Assembly: GCA_038045765.1 (NCBI GenBank)
Contig: JBBSXN010000005.1
Location: 226,144 to 290,143, forward strand
DNA from: Nanobdellota archaeon
GTDB taxonomy: Archaea > Nanobdellota > Nanobdellia > Pacearchaeales > GW2011-AR1
DNA: 64,000 bases
Reading direction: 5' to 3'
Shown here: positions 1-9,876 of the stretch, in pieces
How the letters are laid out: each line of letters begins with the position of its first letter
How positions within the stretch are numbered: the first letter of the stretch is position 1
Program-made: the position numbers and the translations under genes
Notes under the pieces: generated by a model
The model's database searches: none
What the model was told of the DNA's origin: nothing
Seen by the model: only the letters and a program-made list of their open reading frames with translations

Positions 1-374
1 ATTATTCTAGTGGTCCAACATTCAAAATTGAGAATGACCCTAGATTTACAAGTATTGGTAAATTACTAAGCGACTCACATTTAGACGAAATACCTCAATT
101 ATTTAACGTGATAAAAGGAAATATGTTGCTAGTAGGTTTTAGACCACCAATAGCAGAAGAAGTTAAGATGTATAGCTCTGAAAATATGAATAGGTTTAAG
201 GAATATCCAGGTATAACTTCTATTTGGGCAGTTAATGGAGGCCATAAAATATTTAGTTTTGATGATTGGATAAAATCAGATATAAATTATGGAAAAAAAA
301 GAGGTTGTCTAAGTGATGCCCTAATATTGGTCAAAACAGCAAAGTTATTTTTTAATTATTTCCTTCAAAGATAA
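1..374 (+). CDS. polyprenyl-phosphate sugar-phosphate transferase (bacterial sugar transferase family, PglC/WbaP-like), C-terminal part; 5' end lies upstream of the window
   Basis: The reading frame is open from position 3. The translation contains RFTSIGKLLSDSHLDEIPQLFNVIKGNMLLVGFRPP and PGITSIWAVNG, the hallmark motifs of the sugar-transferase family (R.T..G..LR..SLDELPQL.NVL.GdMSLVGPRP ... PGlTGlwQv). Confidence 0.75.
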   Translation, partial: YSSGPTFKIENDPRFTSIGKLLSDSHLDEIPQLFNVIKGNMLLVGFRPPIAEEVKMYSSENMNRFKEYPGITSIWAVNGGHKIFSFDDWIKSDINYGKKRGCLSDALILVKTAKLFFNYFLQR

Positions 375-1046
375 AAGAATAAATTTTGGACCGTTGATTA
401 GGTATCTTCTCCAGCAGTTTTTAGGCTCAGTTATTAACCTATATACCCATTCCAAGTGATACTTTCGCATAGAGACTGGAGCTCTTGTTCTCTCTCCTAA
501 AATATACGGAGTAGCTATTCCTACGCAAAATATCTTACAATTTATATTTTTATTATTATGAGCCCAAATTTCCTGCTTAGGAGAACCTAAACTAACAAAA
601 AGATAATTTACCTTATATTTCTTTATTGCTTTGATCATCTCTTTTTCTTCTATTTCAGAAAATGATAAAAATCTTAGATTTGGAAACTTCGATATTAATA
701 TTTTTTTCCTTATTTCTGATTCATCTTTGCTTCCACCGTAAAAACAGCAGCTTAATCTATTCTCTCTCAGATAATTTATCGTTTTTAATGTGAAATCTGG
801 ACCTGGTAGTCTTTTAGCTCTTTTTACGCCCTTGAATCTTGCAATTAAAGCTAGAGGAAATCCATCTGGTAGAACTAAATTGGCATTTTTTAAACTTTGA
901 TTAAGAAGAGCATTATATTTTCCCTCTACTAATGTGTTTGAATTTGCAAAAATATAGTATCCTTTATTTTTCTCAGTCAATAAATCTTCATCTTCACCTT
1001 TTTCCAGAAAAGTAATATTAAATCCAAGTATTTTAGAATTTTTCAT
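345..1046 (-). CDS. WecB/TagA/CpsF-family (GT26) glycosyltransferase
   Basis: 233 aa. The N-terminal ILGFNI... region and the LVLPDGFPLALIARF motif match the GT26 DG-motif region. It sits in a glycosyltransferase cluster. Confidence 0.55.
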   Translation of the reverse strand: MKNSKILGFNITFLEKGEDEDLLTEKNKGYYIFANSNTLVEGKYNALLNQSLKNANLVLPDGFPLALIARFKGVKRAKRLPGPDFTLKTINYLRENRLSCCFYGGSKDESEIRKKILISKFPNLRFLSFSEIEEKEMIKAIKKYKVNYLFVSLGSPKQEIWAHNNKNINCKIFCVGIATPYILGERTRAPVSMRKYHLEWVYRLITEPKNCWRRYLINGPKFILLSLKEIIKK

Positions 1047-1960
1047 TTTAATATTATGTAAAATATTTTATTTAAAATGCGATGGAAAGGGTTATTAACT
1101 TTTTTTATAACTTTATTATAAAATTCAGAATCTATTCCCTCATCTTTCTGGACTCTGAGTGGAAATTCAATTTGATGAGTTTTTATGTTAGCCATCCAGG
1201 AGAAGGGATTTTTAGTATGCATAGCATCGGATGAAAATCCAATATTACTTACTAAGTTCTTTGAAGGTATTATTATCTTTCCCCTATTTATGTAACAAGA
1301 CATTATCCACCTATAACCCCAACTATCAATTTTGTTATTCAAAGTGTCTTCAGTTTTCTTCATAATATAATTATAATACCTTTCATTACCTATCCATTTC
1401 TTTACATCTTCTATATTTTTTTTACTTTTAAGTTCTAGTAAATTGTGAGAATATTGCTTCCAGGCTCTTTTCCATGTGGCCCAACCCCAAATAGGTATTT
1501 GCCTTGAAAAATGATAATCTTGTTTATTAGATTTCCATTCACCTAAGAAGTTTGTTCCACTTATCATCATTATGTCTTTATTTTCTCCATATCTTTTTAG
1601 CAGTGCTTCGCAGAAATAGAAAAAAGAAGTACTTGGTAAACAGTCATCTTCTAAGATTATGCCTTTATCTACTTTGGAAAAGAACCAAGTTATGGCTGAA
1701 CTTACCCCTGATGCACAGCCATAGTTATAATTTAGAAATCTTCTTTCTACTTTACAAGGCCAATCTATATTCTCTAGTATTTTTCTTGTTTCGTTGCATT
1801 TTTCTAAGTCTCCTTTCTTTTCTTTATTAGGACCTTCCGCAGCTATGAATAAATGTCTTGGCTTTATATCCTTTATTTTTGCAAATGTCTTTTTTGTTAG
1901 CTCTGGTCGATTATATATTAAGAAAAGAATGGGGGTGTTAAATTTATCTTCATTATTCAT
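1043..1960 (-). CDS. GT-A fold glycosyltransferase, GNT-I (GT13)-like
   Basis: 305 aa. ILFLIYNRPE near the N-terminus and IILEDDCLPSTSFFYF resemble the GnT-I EDD motif region (EDDLEVAPDFFEYF). The ORF overlaps the downstream GT4 gene by 8 nt, which suggests an operon. Confidence 0.4.
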   Translation of the reverse strand: MNNEDKFNTPILFLIYNRPELTKKTFAKIKDIKPRHLFIAAEGPNKEKKGDLEKCNETRKILENIDWPCKVERRFLNYNYGCASGVSSAITWFFSKVDKGIILEDDCLPSTSFFYFCEALLKRYGENKDIMMISGTNFLGEWKSNKQDYHFSRQIPIWGWATWKRAWKQYSHNLLELKSKKNIEDVKKWIGNERYYNYIMKKTEDTLNNKIDSWGYRWIMSCYINRGKIIIPSKNLVSNIGFSSDAMHTKNPFSWMANIKTHQIEFPLRVQKDEGIDSEFYNKVIKKVNNPFHRILNKIFYIILK

Positions 1961-2993
1961 TATTTGAAATAACCTCCAAATATGCTTGTTTAGTTTGTCT
2001 AGATATATTATCCCAATTGAATTTTTCTAAATTTACCTTACCTTTTCTTTCTCTATTTATCCATATTAAATTATCTTTTATTATTTTAGAATTAATTTGA
2101 CCTTTATATGTTTTTATCCATTTTTCACCTACTTGCTTCTGTATTTCTTTAAATGTCGGTGTTTCAGGAACTAAAACAGGTTTATTGAATGATAATGCTA
2201 GAAATAATGCCCCTGAATTAGATATTTCTATGTATGGTAAAATTATCAAATCTGCAGATTTAAAGTAGATTTGAACTTTATCTGAAGTTATAAAATTATT
2301 TACAAATCTTATATTATAATCAGCATTATTTTGAATTTCATTAGCTAATCTTAGATCTTGACAGTTACCAACTATATATAATAGAGCATTTTTTATATTT
2401 ATTTTTCTAAATTCTCTTATAAGCGAGAGTATGCCCTTATAGCCTCTTACTTTACCAAAATTCAAGATCATTAATTCATCATTTTTTATTTTTAAAAGAA
2501 GTCTAGCCTTTTCTTTAGAGATAGTGTCTTTATATTCATCCCTATAATCTCCATGAGGGATGGTGAATTGCTTTATCCTTTTTATTAAAGGGTATCTTTC
2601 TATCAATTCTTCTTTACCTGATTGTGTCAGAGTGATATACCCGTCTAAATTTTTTATCAAATATTTCCAGAAAAGACTTTCTAAAAGAAGATGGTTCTTT
2701 TCATGTGAACTAGAATTATGTGCTGTCCAGATTATTTTAGTTCCTTTTAACTTTAGGAGAGAGATTAATGTACAAAAAGCTATCAGTTTGAAAGAGACTT
2801 CTAAATTATTTTTTCTATTTAGAAAATACTCGGGCCAGTGCATATGTATTAGATTATATCTTCTTAGTAGCGCACGAGATATATTAAATTCTTCAATTTC
2901 TATATTTTTTAGTTTCTTTATATTTGAATAAAGCAACCAATTATATGGGTTGTCTTTTTTATTTTTTAAAGCAGGCCAAGCAAGGATTTTCAT
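1953..2993 (-). CDS. GT4-family (GT-B) glycosyltransferase
   Basis: 346 aa. The soluble two-domain architecture and C-terminal segment (ILPYIEISNSGALFLALSFNKPVLVPETP) are typical of glycos_transf_1. The gene lies within a polysaccharide locus. Confidence 0.45.
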   Translation of the reverse strand: MKILAWPALKNKKDNPYNWLLYSNIKKLKNIEIEEFNISRALLRRYNLIHMHWPEYFLNRKNNLEVSFKLIAFCTLISLLKLKGTKIIWTAHNSSSHEKNHLLLESLFWKYLIKNLDGYITLTQSGKEELIERYPLIKRIKQFTIPHGDYRDEYKDTISKEKARLLLKIKNDELMILNFGKVRGYKGILSLIREFRKINIKNALLYIVGNCQDLRLANEIQNNADYNIRFVNNFITSDKVQIYFKSADLIILPYIEISNSGALFLALSFNKPVLVPETPTFKEIQKQVGEKWIKTYKGQINSKIIKDNLIWINRERKGKVNLEKFNWDNISRQTKQAYLEVISNNE

Positions 2994-4207
2994 TGCGATT
3001 TATATTCATTCAAGTTATATAATAAAGATATGTATATTACTAAAAATATACTGTTGGACCTTATAAGTGAACTTTCCGTTAAGTTATAAAGTAAAAGAAA
3101 AGCAGTTAAAGTCAAAGGCCAGAGGTTAACAAACTCTTTACTTTTTAAGACTAATTTTGACGATTTAACACCGATAACAATCAATTGAATTGTGATTATT
3201 ATTAGTCCAATTATACCTAATTCGAGTGTTAGATCTATAAATCCATTATGTGCATGTGGTGGATCCCATCCAAGTATATATTCGGCTTTTTCTGAGGGGC
3301 TGTTCTTATCCTTTATCCAAAAACTTGCATATCCATACCCGATTATAGGATGTTTCATGATGTTATCAAGAGAATAGCTCCATAATTCAGTTCTGCCCGT
3401 AAGAGTAGTCTCTTTTCCTATTTCATTTAAGATATCTTTCCCATAATTTATAATAGTGATTCCAGACAATATAATCATTATACCTATCAATATGATAAAG
3501 AAAGCACTCGTTATTTTATTGCTTTTTTGAAGTATTCTTGTAAATATCATTATAAATACTATGATCCATGTAGTTAATATGGCTGTTTTTGACTGTGAAA
3601 GGTAGGTAAGAGATATACTAAAAAGCATTAAAATAATTACTAATATCTTGGCCATTAATTTTTTCCTTTCAGATAGATAGAACAGAAAAGTTATAGTTGC
3701 CAGAGTCATTATCTTACCTAATATGTTTTTTTGGTTGAAAGCTCCCTGCCAGGCACCATTATTCTCTTCACTAATGCCATATGATGGTAAAATTAAAGCA
3801 ATTAATATACTGACTAGTAATATTGCTGAAAGAGCATATGTTAAAAGACTTATCTGTTCTTTTTTATCATATCTGAGGCTAAAGTATATGCAAAATATTA
3901 ATGTTCCAAAGAAAGCAAAGATTCTTTGAATTGTTATAATTGGATTATGAGACCAAGTGAAAGAAATTGCTATTAGAATTGATAAGAATATCAGCAATTT
4001 ATTGTCTAAAGTTATTTTAATTGCTCTTTTTATAAGGTCTTTTTTAAATATGAGTAGAGTGAATGAAAATAAATAAATTAGAATATAAATCATTTTTATA
4101 GGAAGATTATAGTTCAAATTATTGTCTATAGGTATTAGGGAGATTACTGCTCCAGATAAAATTATCAAGCTTAAAACAGAAAATAATTTTTCAAATAGCT
4201 TTAGCAT
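2990..4207 (-). CDS. O-antigen ligase / Wzy-type polymerase-like polytopic membrane protein
   Basis: 405 aa with ~10 TM segments. The periplasmic-loop motif HAHNGFIDLTLELGIIG matches the Wzy_C H-N-x(n)-E-x-G signature. Confidence 0.5.
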   Translation of the reverse strand: MLKLFEKLFSVLSLIILSGAVISLIPIDNNLNYNLPIKMIYILIYLFSFTLLIFKKDLIKRAIKITLDNKLLIFLSILIAISFTWSHNPIITIQRIFAFFGTLIFCIYFSLRYDKKEQISLLTYALSAILLVSILIALILPSYGISEENNGAWQGAFNQKNILGKIMTLATITFLFYLSERKKLMAKILVIILMLFSISLTYLSQSKTAILTTWIIVFIMIFTRILQKSNKITSAFFIILIGIMIILSGITIINYGKDILNEIGKETTLTGRTELWSYSLDNIMKHPIIGYGYASFWIKDKNSPSEKAEYILGWDPPHAHNGFIDLTLELGIIGLIIITIQLIVIGVKSSKLVLKSKEFVNLWPLTLTAFLLLYNLTESSLIRSNSIFLVIYISLLYNLNEYKSQ

Positions 4208-4298
4208 CTTAAAACTTAAACCGAGAGATATTTAATTTCTCCGGTGTAGCCTTTCTCACCTAGATAATGTTTATTAGGCTGTTTCAGTAGTTAAAATT

Positions 4299-5786
4299 AT
4301 GAAGAGTGCTAATTTGATATATAAGTCTGCTCTGATTGTTTTTCTAGGTATTATGTTTTCAAGAATTTTAGGTTATTTTTCTAGAGTCATTATTGCTAGA
4401 GAAGGTTTGGAAATTTATGGCATTTATAATCTTGCTTTATTCATGGTGCAGTTTGTTATACCTTTGATTTTGCTTGGTTTAGGTACGGGTCTAATGCGCT
4501 ACCTTGGACACTACGATGGTAAAAAGCAAATAAAAAAGAAAGATATAGCTATTACTTCATCAATATCTGTTGTTTTAGTACTTTCCATAGTCTTTTTCTT
4601 CTTTTTCTTCTTTTTCTCTCAAAATATAGAGTATCTTTTCGATAAGCCTGGCTTGGCTGGTTTTCTAAGATATTTCGCTTTCGCGATACCCTTTCTATCA
4701 TTGATAAGTCTATTATCAAGTGTTTTGAAGTCACATAATCGTATTGTTTCCTTGGTCTTGGTCACCAGTATAATTCAGAGTATACTAGAATTAGTATGTC
4801 TATACTTTTTATTCAGTTTAGGTTATCAAAGTACTGCTTTAATAATTTCAGTATTGCTTCCGAATATTTTATCTTTAATGCTTCTCGTTTATTATTCAAA
4901 GAAAGATTTTTCTTTTAACTTTACGTATTTTGATAAATCTCTCTTTTATTATTCACTACCCTTAATGCCTATCGCTTTAGTAGCCTCTTATCTTTCCTTA
5001 ATCGATACAATAATTTTAGGCTATCTATCGAGTGCAACTGATGTAGCTATTTATAATGCAGGACTACCTACTTCTCAAATTGTGCTAATTTTTTCAACAG
5101 CTTTATTGACAATTTTTCTCCCATTAATATCTAAAAAGAACTCAAAAGGTAAGAACATAATAGAAGAATATGTATTTGTTTTTAGAGGAATACTTTTTGC
5201 TACGGCTCCATTTTTAATATTCTCTATCTTATTTAGTGAGCAGATTCTTATAAGCTTATTTGGAGAACCCTATGTTAGTGCTGCTAGTTCATTCATTATT
5301 TTAACTATCGCTTATTCTTTATATGGTCTATCTTTGCCAGCACATAATGTTTTGATTTTGAGGAAAAAACAGAAGATACTCTTATATCTAACCCTGGGAG
5401 TATTATTTATTAATATTTTATTAAACTTTTTATTGATTCCATATAGTATTGAACAATTTGGCAATGGTGCGTATGGAGCGGCTTTATCCAAGCTAGTTTC
5501 ACTTTTTATTTTAAGTTTATCTATAATTTATTCAGTTAAAAAACTGGAGAGATTCACAATTATTGATAAAGATGCTTATAATATAATTATTTCTTCTTTA
5601 ATTAGCATGTTTGGTGTTTACCTTATGACTAAGATAGTCGGAGTGTATTCAACTAAAATGCTATTAGTTTACTTAATAATTTATTCTATGATCTATATCC
5701 TCTTACTTTATTATATGGGATTTTTCAAAAAACAGTATTATTTACCTTTAAGAGAATTAATGAACTTTAAGAAAATTAATTACTGA
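4299..5786 (+). CDS. MOP-superfamily polysaccharide flippase (Wzx-like)
   Basis: 495 aa with ~12-14 TM segments. Its architecture is polysacc_synt-like, and it lies next to Wzy-like and GT genes. Confidence 0.55.
   Translation: MKSANLIYKSALIVFLGIMFSRILGYFSRVIIAREGLEIYGIYNLALFMVQFVIPLILLGLGTGLMRYLGHYDGKKQIKKKDIAITSSISVVLVLSIVFFFFFFFFSQNIEYLFDKPGLAGFLRYFAFAIPFLSLISLLSSVLKSHNRIVSLVLVTSIIQSILELVCLYFLFSLGYQSTALIISVLLPNILSLMLLVYYSKKDFSFNFTYFDKSLFYYSLPLMPIALVASYLSLIDTIILGYLSSATDVAIYNAGLPTSQIVLIFSTALLTIFLPLISKKNSKGKNIIEEYVFVFRGILFATAPFLIFSILFSEQILISLFGEPYVSAASSFIILTIAYSLYGLSLPAHNVLILRKKQKILLYLTLGVLFINILLNFLLIPYSIEQFGNGAYGAALSKLVSLFILSLSIIYSVKKLERFTIIDKDAYNIIISSLISMFGVYLMTKIVGVYSTKMLLVYLIIYSMIYILLLYYMGFFKKQYYLPLRELMNFKKINY
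4591..4617 (+). repeat. 3 x 9-nt in-frame tandem repeat (tctttttct) encoding a poly-Phe tract inside the flippase gene
   Basis: Seen directly: tctttttcttctttttcttctttttct, translated FFFFFFFFF. Confidence 0.6.
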
Positions 5787-7768
5787 TTAATTTTCCCCTT
5801 TTCATAAATCTTTTTTATCTCCTCTTCATTTAAAGGTCGATTTATCATATTTAAGTTTATTATCTCATGTGGAGCAGGTTTGTCAAATATTCTTCCCACT
5901 CTTGCTTTTGCTAAACCTAAGTTTATCTTTTCATATTCAAATTTTGCAGGCTGTGTTTGCTGTATTTTTCCATCGATATAAAGGTTAAAGTCACCATTAT
6001 AAGTCAGTGCCACAAATATGAAAGAATTATCTTTAACTTTTTCTTTGCTAAGTAGATAGTACTTATTCTCACCATCTCCCCAATTCAACCTTATATATTC
6101 TTTATCTGTGTAAATCATCCAACCATTATTGTAACCGTCTCCATATATCGATTTTATTATTCCACTTGTTGGCAAGTTTGGTTTTACCCAAGCATATAGT
6201 GTAAAATTATCGGATAATTTTGATGAAGGTATGATTATAATATTATCTTTTTCTTCAAATTTATTTATTTTTAATAATATATTTTTATCAAGTTTAGTCT
6301 TATATATATAGTAACTTTCAGTTTTTTCAAGTAGTTGTGTGAAATTGCAATCAATTTGATTTTCAGAGATAATATAATCGATATTGTCCCTATTATACTT
6401 GGAATTAAAATGATGTTCTGATATATCTGGCAAGAGATTTTCATTATAGAGGTATTCTTCTTTTTCATCGCAGTTTGTATTGTAAAAATAGGTTAAGTTT
6501 TCTGTTTTTTTCCAATCAAAGAAAGTTAAAGCTGGCTCATGTTTTTTAGTAATTGGTTTTACAGCTATACCCATATCTATTGGTGCAAGAACGACCCCAT
6601 AAGGATAATCTGAAAGATAATTTAAAGTATCGATCTCATCACTATCTATAACTTCATATAATATTGTTTTTGATTTAAAGTCTGAGTATTGGTAAATGGA
6701 AGATATAGCTATAAATAATATAAATAGAGTGGTTATAGTATATTTTAATAGTTTATTCATATTATTTGTTTTGTTTTTTAACCATTTGAATGAATGGTAT
6801 AATCCTATTGCGCTTAGAGGTATTGCTGCAAACATAAAATGGTAGATATATCTCTGATATGCTGAGAAAATACTCTTTTCTATCAGAGGGAATATGAGTA
6901 TAGATATCAAACAGATAGAATAGTATATTCTGAATGCTAATAATTTCTTATTTTTAAAAGATTTGTAGAATCCTATAAGAGATAAAATGAAACCTATTGT
7001 TCCATAAAGGTATATAATATTATAATTTATCTGAGGAGAGATAGGCCCCCAAATAAATGAAGAAAAGAAATTAGATATATCTTGAAAGCTATCTGTAAGG
7101 TGAATAATTGTGATTAAAGCCGGAATAATTAATAGTGAAAATGAATAGAAATACTTTTTATTTTCCATTAGGAATTCTTTGTTAATTACTAGATAAATGC
7201 AGATTATAAGTAATATTAGTATGAAGCTTGATTGATGTATGAATGCTAATAAAAATAGATAAACTATAATCGGATATAATTTTTTAGGATTATCCTCTTT
7301 TACTGCGGAATCTATGTTGAAGAGAATTAGATATATTAATGGAATTCCAGCCATTATTGGAATATAGAACCAAATACCTAATATATTGACATTGCTCGGA
7401 AGTAAAATTATAAATAAAAATGAAGAAATAGCTAGCCAGTAGTTATATTCCTTTTTTAATTGAAAAAATAGTATTAGTGAAATAATTATAATGTTAATTG
7501 CTGGTAGAAATTGATATATATTTACCATGTCTAATCCGAAGATTGAAATTATTTTAGATATTATTAATAAAATCAAGTCAAATCCAATTTCAATAGGAGT
7601 ATTATTTGTAAAATAAGAGATTCCTTGTTCTTGAATTCTTATTGATTTAGCTATGTGGTCCCATTCGTCTAAATGGTATGGTAGCTTGTATGAAAAATGA
7701 GGAAGATATGTGGAAATAGCCATCAAAACTAGTAGAGATATTAGTAATAGTCCTCTCTTTTTATCCAT
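5780..7768 (-). CDS. GT-C-fold membrane glycosyltransferase-like protein with C-terminal LamG (concanavalin-like) domain
   Basis: 662 aa. The N-terminal ~450 aa are polytopic, with an acidic first-loop motif HLDEWDH. The C-terminus (TLYAWVKPN...FVALTYNGDFNLYIDGK) is a Laminin_G_3-type domain. Confidence 0.45.
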   Translation of the reverse strand: MDKKRGLLLISLLVLMAISTYLPHFSYKLPYHLDEWDHIAKSIRIQEQGISYFTNNTPIEIGFDLILLIISKIISIFGLDMVNIYQFLPAINIIIISLILFFQLKKEYNYWLAISSFLFIILLPSNVNILGIWFYIPIMAGIPLIYLILFNIDSAVKEDNPKKLYPIIVYLFLLAFIHQSSFILILLIICIYLVINKEFLMENKKYFYSFSLLIIPALITIIHLTDSFQDISNFFSSFIWGPISPQINYNIIYLYGTIGFILSLIGFYKSFKNKKLLAFRIYYSICLISILIFPLIEKSIFSAYQRYIYHFMFAAIPLSAIGLYHSFKWLKNKTNNMNKLLKYTITTLFILFIAISSIYQYSDFKSKTILYEVIDSDEIDTLNYLSDYPYGVVLAPIDMGIAVKPITKKHEPALTFFDWKKTENLTYFYNTNCDEKEEYLYNENLLPDISEHHFNSKYNRDNIDYIISENQIDCNFTQLLEKTESYYIYKTKLDKNILLKINKFEEKDNIIIIPSSKLSDNFTLYAWVKPNLPTSGIIKSIYGDGYNNGWMIYTDKEYIRLNWGDGENKYYLLSKEKVKDNSFIFVALTYNGDFNLYIDGKIQQTQPAKFEYEKINLGLAKARVGRIFDKPAPHEIINLNMINRPLNEEEIKKIYEKGKINQ

Positions 7769-7806
7769 GTTTATTAACTGCTTTGAAGATTATTAAAGAT
7801 TACTTT

Positions 7807-8106
7807 TCAAAGCTTTGAAGTAATGTCTTTTCTTGTAGAACCTGTTTCATCTATGATTTTTCCTTCCCTTTCCTTATTTAATTGATGCGCTTCCTCTAAT
7901 ATAATATTATAGCTTTGTACCATATGAGCGGGAGAATCATCAAATGGAAATTCCTTATACCTGCTTCCTTTTTCGTCTAATAGTTCTATTACTCTTCTTC
8001 CAAGATATGTTGAACGAAATGGTTTTTCGCTTTCTGGTAACATCAATGCGTGCAGATATTTTGGAGGTCCTTTATGGTAGATTATTCTTATACTTTCTTT
8101 TGGCAT
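7807..8106 (-). CDS. hypothetical protein (99 aa)
   Basis: The ORF has protein-like composition, but I recognise no family. Confidence 0.3.
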   Translation of the reverse strand: MPKESIRIIYHKGPPKYLHALMLPESEKPFRSTYLGRRVIELLDEKGSRYKEFPFDDSPAHMVQSYNIILEEAHQLNKEREGKIIDETGSTRKDITSKL

Positions 8107-8196
8107 TTTTTATCTTAGATTTTGATTTTAAGTTTTTATTTAAAGTTATGTGTTTAATTGGAGAAGAATTAAATACGCCTTTTCATATTATTTATT

Positions 8197-9876
8197 ATGA
8201 AATATATTGAATTTGCCGAATTGTATGAGAAATTGTCAAATGTTAGTGGGAAATTGGAGAAAGCAGATATAATTGCAGATTTTTTAAAGAAATTGAATGT
8301 AGATGGTAAAAATGAATGGATATATCTTCTAAGAGGAAGAGTTATTCCAGAATATGATCAGAGAGAATTTGGAGTTTCTAAACAACTTGCAATTAAGGCC
8401 CTTGAGAAAGCTTATTGTATAAGTAATAAAGATGTTTTGTCAAAGCTGAATAAAGTAGGAGATGTAGGTTTACTTGCTGAAGAATTTGCAAATAAAAGAA
8501 GGCAGGAAGGTTTGTTCAATAGCAAACTTGAAACTGGAAAGGTTTTTGATAATTTACATAAAATATTTGAAATTGAAGGGAAGGGTGCCGTTGATAAAAA
8601 AATGCTTTTGATTGCAGAGTTGCTTTCTCATGCATCCGGTTTAGAAGCTAAATATATTATGAGAACCATTTTATCTGATCTAAGGATAGGGGTGGCTGGA
8701 GCGATATTGGTTGATGCTCTGGCTAAGGCTTTCTCTTATGGCGAAGATAGTAAAAAGAAGATTCAAGAAACTTATGACTTTGCTAATGACTTTCTAGTGG
8801 TTTTTGAAGCAGCAGTTAAGGGAGAGAAAGCTTTAGGAGAGATTAAAATGTTTCCAGGAAGACCTATAAATCCCATGCTTGCAGTTAAATGTGAAAGCAT
8901 AGAAGAAGCTTTTGAAACATGTGGGAGGCCTTGCGCTTTTGAATATAAGTATGATGGTTTTAGATTGATGATACACAAAGTCAATGGAAGAATCTATTTG
9001 TTTACAAGAAGACTAGAAGAGGTAACTAAGCAATTCCCAGATGTTGTTGAAGCTGTTGAAAAATACATTAAAGGAGAGAGTTTTATTATTGATTCTGAAG
9101 CTGTAGGGTATGATCCTAAAACTGGTAAATATAAGCCTTTTGAAGCGGTGAGTCAGAGAATTAAAAGAAAGTATGATATTGAAAAGCTTGTAAAAGAGTT
9201 ACCTGTTGTTTTGAATGTTTTCGATATTCTTTATTATGAGGGTAAAAGTATAGTACATCTTTCTTTTAAAGAAAGAAGAGAACTTATAGAAAAAATTGTT
9301 AGGAAGAAAGAGAATATTGTAAATACTTCAGAGCTCATAATTACTGATAAAGATAAAGACGCTGAAAAGTTTTATGAAAAATCTCTGGAAGATGGAGAGG
9401 AAGGTATAATGATTAAAAGATTGGATGCAGTTTATCAGTCTGGAAGGAAAGTAGGTTATATGGCTAAGTTGAAACCAGAAGTGAATGATTTAGATTTAGT
9501 TATAGTTGCTGCTGAGTATGGAAATGGTAAAAGGGCTGGTTGGTTAACAAGTTATATCGTTGCTTGTAAGAGCGGAGGAGAATTTCTTGAGATTGGAAAA
9601 GTAAGTAGCGGATTAAAAGAAAAAGAAAGCGAAGGAACAAGCTATGAAGAAATGACTAAACTTTTGAAGAGTGTTAAATTGAGAGAAGAAGGAAATGTAG
9701 TTTATGTTAAACCTAAGATTGTAGTGTCGGTCACATATCAGAATATGCAGAAATCTCCTGAATATACTTCAGGATATGCTTTGAGATTCCCTAGAATAAC
9801 TCATTATAGACCTGATCGAGGGATAGAAGATATCGCTAGTTTGAAGGATATTGAGAAGATTGTTAAGGGTAAATGA
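8197..9876 (+). CDS. lig: ATP-dependent DNA ligase (archaeal/eukaryotic type)
   Basis: 559 aa. Adenylation motif I EYKYDGFRLMIH (KxDGxR) is present, with downstream OB-fold region motifs. The N-terminal DNA-binding domain is typical. Confidence 0.85.
   Translation: MKYIEFAELYEKLSNVSGKLEKADIIADFLKKLNVDGKNEWIYLLRGRVIPEYDQREFGVSKQLAIKALEKAYCISNKDVLSKLNKVGDVGLLAEEFANKRRQEGLFNSKLETGKVFDNLHKIFEIEGKGAVDKKMLLIAELLSHASGLEAKYIMRTILSDLRIGVAGAILVDALAKAFSYGEDSKKKIQETYDFANDFLVVFEAAVKGEKALGEIKMFPGRPINPMLAVKCESIEEAFETCGRPCAFEYKYDGFRLMIHKVNGRIYLFTRRLEEVTKQFPDVVEAVEKYIKGESFIIDSEAVGYDPKTGKYKPFEAVSQRIKRKYDIEKLVKELPVVLNVFDILYYEGKSIVHLSFKERRELIEKIVRKKENIVNTSELIITDKDKDAEKFYEKSLEDGEEGIMIKRLDAVYQSGRKVGYMAKLKPEVNDLDLVIVAAEYGNGKRAGWLTSYIVACKSGGEFLEIGKVSSGLKEKESEGTSYEEMTKLLKSVKLREEGNVVYVKPKIVVSVTYQNMQKSPEYTSGYALRFPRITHYRPDRGIEDIASLKDIEKIVKGK

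Noticed and set aside
1552-3377. Small sense and antisense ORFs (1552..1830, 2560..2931, 3192..3377, 3723..3929, 4552..4734, 6271..6468) inside glycosyltransferase and membrane-protein genes
   Set aside because: Each is embedded in a longer ORF with recognisable family motifs on the other strand or frame. Their hydrophobic or AT-rich composition is typical of shadow ORFs.
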